A program made the translations under genes and the position numbers. A stretch of 64,000 nucleotides of DNA. Origin: Marsupella aquatica. Lineage: Eukaryota > Plantae > Marchantiophyta. The stretch covers positions 29,437,611 through 29,501,610 of the forward strand of contig OZ316891.1 in the NCBI GenBank assembly GCA_973895155.1, given 5' to 3'. This document shows positions 60,287-64,000 of the stretch, piece by piece. How positions within the stretch are numbered: the first letter of the stretch is position 1; every line of letters begins with the position of its first letter. The notes below the pieces were generated by a model. It ran no database searches, had not been told where the DNA came from, and saw only the letters and a list, made by a program, of their open reading frames with translations.

Positions 60287-63200
60287 TGTGAGATAAGGAT
60301 GTTTGTAAAAGAAGGGTTAACTAACCATAAATTTTAGAATTTTTACGTTTAAGATCTCAAATGAGGCTGAAGAGGGACCTGAAGACTACTTTGAAGTGTT
60401 ATGAGACTTTCAAGCCCATCTGAGGTCAACCCGGATTGATATTAGAGAAGGAGGATCGACCCGGAACTTTTTACTATAAGCCTTGAATGAGATATAAAGC
60501 TTATACCGAGACTCTACTCAACAACAGCTGTCCATTGCCAAAGTTTTTAAAATCACAAGTCAAACACAGGCACGACCACAACAGAATCCGGATATAAGGA
60601 AGGAGAGTCGATCCGGCCTCTCACACCTCTCAAAGCCGAACTTAGTAGGTTTTGAGCTCCCGAGCGCATTAGGCTATTTAAGCAGTAGAGTGAGGAGGCT
60701 CTATCCTTTTGGTAGAGGATCTTGGGTCCGGATTATAGGACCAATCTTGCATTGCATGATGAGAGCCTGGATATGAGGGTACTGACTGATTCATTGTGAG
60801 GGGAATGCCTACTCCACCGCTGGAAGTGAAGGCAGGAAGTTTGAGATCCTGGTCGTGAATACATCGGTTGTGAGAAGGGAAGCCAGGTCAACCCGGACAT
60901 CACCATTGCAGGCCCTATTGAGTCCAGATTTTCCCCACGTTAGATGACCCTGTATTGTGGTTGATGAAATCTTGATGCAATTCTTCCGAAACGATTTTCA
61001 GTTGATCAAAAACGCTGCGGCCAGGTCGACTCAGACATTTCTACCATTGGTCGACACCGAAGCGATTGAATATTCTGAAGTTGCAGAATTGTAGAGCTTG
61101 CCGTAGAGGAGGCAGAACATTTATTGGAAATCAATTTGTTACTTCCAGAAATCCTATGGAGCAAGGGGCGGATCCAGCCGGAATGTCCACTTCTCGCGTC
61201 TCTAAGGGGCATTCAACCTCAACATCACCTGCACCTACTCCGGTTAAAGCCCCTGTGAGACGATCGAAGAGAAAAGAGGTCCCCATTGCCATGAAAATTC
61301 TGAGGCCAGCTATTCCGGACAGTGAAGCTGAGAAGGTCAAACTGAGGGAGTCTTTGCTCAGGATGGGCTGTGAGTCTCTGATGGAGCTACCCTGGAGTTA
61401 TCAAAGCAAAGATATGATCAAAGAGATCCGATCCAAGGAGTATCCGGCTGAGTTTAAGGATACCTCCAGAGGCCGACCTGAGCGATGGACTCAGATGATG
61501 ATTGCAGGAGATTTTGTATTGGAAGATGAAGGAGAAGGTCCAGTGGGGAGAGCTGTCAATCTAATCCTTCCTTACTTCAAAGGAGCCATCAACAGTAAGG
61601 ATGGGTTCAATGTTTCTAAGTGTTTGGATCCTGATCTGAGACGAGTCTTCAGCTTTCTGCTACCCCTGCTGTACCCTGAGAAGCCAAGAAGAGTTACTGT
61701 TGGAGTTGGCTCTACCATTGTTGCTGCTTACAAAGGAGAAAGAAAAGTCAACTGGGCTAAGCTTATCTTTGATTTGATAAGGAAGTTGGTACAGAACCTA
61801 TCCAACAAGAGTCCTACTCCCCTCTCCTGCTACCTGGTACATCTATATAGCTTTGAAGGAGTCTTGTTCAGAGAGGAGAAGAAATTACTATTGGCCAAGT
61901 TCAACTTCATAAAGTATGGAGAGATAGATTCAGATATCACCCAGGCCACCTCTGATGACAGTGAGGATGAGGAACCAACAGAGACAAATCCTCGAAAGAC
62001 CCGGTCTGCTGCCCGGAACCTCGACCCGGACTTTGCCGACCCGGCCTTCGTCGACCCGGCTGAATTTCCGGATGCACCCGGCCATGCCTCCCTAGACACC
62101 CTAGTTGATTTCCAGATCATCTCAGACACATTCTAGAAGGTGAAGAGGAAGACCACTGTGATGGAGAAGGCCATCACTGATATTTCTCAAAAGTTAGGAG
62201 TGAAACCAGGGCAGATTCTTGAAAAGATCTCCACCATGAGTGATGCCACAGATAAGAGGAAGTTGGAGAAGGAGAATGAGTTCCTCAAGAAGAAGGTATC
62301 TAAACTCAAACAACAGTTGGAAAGGAGTAAGAAGAAGAATGAGCTTGAGCATACTCTCCAACTCAGTATCACTCAATCTTTGGATCTGATTGAGCCTTTG
62401 ACTAAGATAGCTTCTCTGGATCTTCTTAAGGCCCAAATTTATGATGAGTATTTGGCCAAGAACACCACACCCATCCTTTTCTCCAAGATTAACCATTTAG
62501 TGGTAGATGTGAGTACCAAGATGGATGATGCACTTACGAGTCTCTCAAAGACCTGTGAAGCCTTAAGGGAGATGAGTGACTTGACTACAGAGGAGCTATT
62601 AACTGATATTGAGATTCCTCCCTTTACTACCAGATCTTTCTCTCCTAGTCCTCATGAAGGAGTCTATTCCACTGGCCCCTCATCACCCCTCAACCCTCCT
62701 GGTTTCCCCACTCCCAGTACACACTTCCACTCCCATTCTTACACTTATTCTCATGACCCAAGTGCCCATCAGGAGAACATGGATATTGACCCGTCCATCC
62801 CTTTTACCACTGGCCAGCAGGAAGTTTTCCTTCGACCAGAACCCCTTGCCATGGCTAACCCTGAGGAGGTTCCTTCCCAAAAGCCAGGACCAGAATAGAG
62901 TTATATTTAGAGAGTTAGAGCCACATTAGTTTAAACTTAGAAATAGCTATATAGATTAGTATATGAGTAAGTAGACTCCAATATTTTGTTGATGTATCCA
63001 TTGGAGACTCTACTCCATTTTTGACTAGGATAGTTCACTTTTATTTACATATTTCTTTAGACTTGGGTTTTGAAGAGGCATGTCTTTTCATAATCTCCAC
63101 TTTTAGTACAAAAGGAGGAGAACCCAAAGTCAACCTTGAGAGAGAAAATATACATTTTGATTTCCTCATTGTCTTTAAAGGAATCTATGTCTTTTCTTCC

Positions 63201-63887
63201 CTTCTTTTTACCATGGTTGAGTAAAAGGAAGAAGTTTTAGCAACCCTTGAGTTGTTGTGAAGTGTTCAATGAATGCTAGAGTGTGCCTTAATGATATTGA
63301 AAGATCAATGAGATTTGTGATCAATACATTTGGAAGATTCACCAAAGAGGAAATTGACATTTACATAGAACTCAAACAAACAATCTTAAGGATTGTAGGA
63401 GAAGTAAACCAATTCGAGTATCCTAGTACCGTCTTAAGCAAGACCAAAAAAGTGTCCCGGGTTGATTTACATTGTTGTCTTCTAAATTCAATAGATGGAG
63501 AAGAGTTGCTACGAGAAATCAAAAAGTATAGAAAATGTTGATTTCTGAATCTTAAATTAGGCCATAATCCTTATTGAAAGAGTGGTGATGGTCAGAAATT
63601 CAATTCCCTTGCACTTTGAAAACTCCTATCAACTCTCTCTCTAGTTTCAATCTTTATTAATTCTAGTCTTTATTATTGCACTGTGAATCCTAAGGATTAC
63701 CCACTTGAGTTTGTGGTTAAACACTTATGTTAAAGAGATCATTAGAAATCTCTCCAACCTAAGAATGTTGGTGTAAACTTCTCAAATCGTGTTAATTAGG
63801 TCTTTTCGATCTTATCCACTCCTAACCGGAACGAAATCGAGTTGTTAAGGAGTAAATAGTCATTTATCTCTTTATCACCTTGCTACA
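60287..63887 (+). mobile_element. Element B: 3601-bp TG...CA solo-LTR-like insertion with an internal ORF
   Basis: Begins TGTGAG, ends GCTACA. Perfect TSD taacc (60282-60286 / 63888-63892). No gag/pol and no internal terminal direct repeat seen. Confidence 0.9.
61156..62898 (+). pseudogene. Element B ORF (~580 codons) with a single in-frame TAG at 62134-62136: conserved N-terminal domain, acidic linker, coiled coil
   Basis: ORFs 61066-62136 and 62140-62898 are in the same frame. Motif PDLRRVFSFLLPLLYPEKP...VNWAKLIF...YLVHLY and a K/E-rich heptad segment. Confidence 0.75.
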
Positions 63888-64000
63888 TAACCTAAACAAG
63901 AGCAAGGAGGGATATAGGTTTAAGCCAGGGACAAAGCTTTTGTGCCAGATACTATTCTTGCATGGTGGTCGGCGCATTGTTGATTGCCTTGCGAGTAATG

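Larger units (their letters stand above)
54443..64000 (+). pseudogene. Decayed transposon-associated zinc-finger gene split into three pieces: 54443-55518, 59488-60286, 63893->64000
   Basis: Two C2H2-like fingers (LECLEC...KHLRSAKH and LCNFC...THIDSGGH). Removing the two insertions plus one TSD copy each restores the frame: DSGGH|VTYVARSQK and DIASN|LNKSKEGYRF. Several in-frame stops and one frameshift near 55290. Confidence 0.75.

Noticed and set aside
55519-63887. A and B as the two LTRs of one full-length retrotransposon
   Set aside because: They are dissimilar at the DNA level, each has its own TSD, and the DNA between them is the host gene's reading frame.

Overview
Eukaryotic land-plant genomic DNA, probably a bryophyte (inferred from gene content and transposon families). 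The left ~39 kb holds four host genes: an intron-free 3419-aa spatacsin (SPG11) CDS (+), a 13-exon acetyl-CoA transporter AT-1/SLC33A1-like gene (-) with a 16-nt micro-exon, a 5-exon VTE6 phytyl-phosphate kinase (+), and a single-exon EDR2-like DUF1336 gene (-). The window opens with the 3' end of a young CRE-type RLE non-LTR retrotransposon and a foldback element. The right ~25 kb is transposon-rich: non-autonomous Helitrons carrying a CT-rich minisatellite, a CpG-rich structured block, LINE/SINE remnants and a decayed zinc-finger gene. The best finding is in that gene, which is split by two independent 3.6-4.0 kb TG...CA insertions with 5-bp target-site duplications (TSDs). Neither insertion has gag/pol or a second terminal repeat. 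Each carries one long ORF, the two ORFs are homologous, and each element has its own repeated CG-containing motif. They look like protein-coding solo LTRs. All calls were made by eye; no database searches were run.
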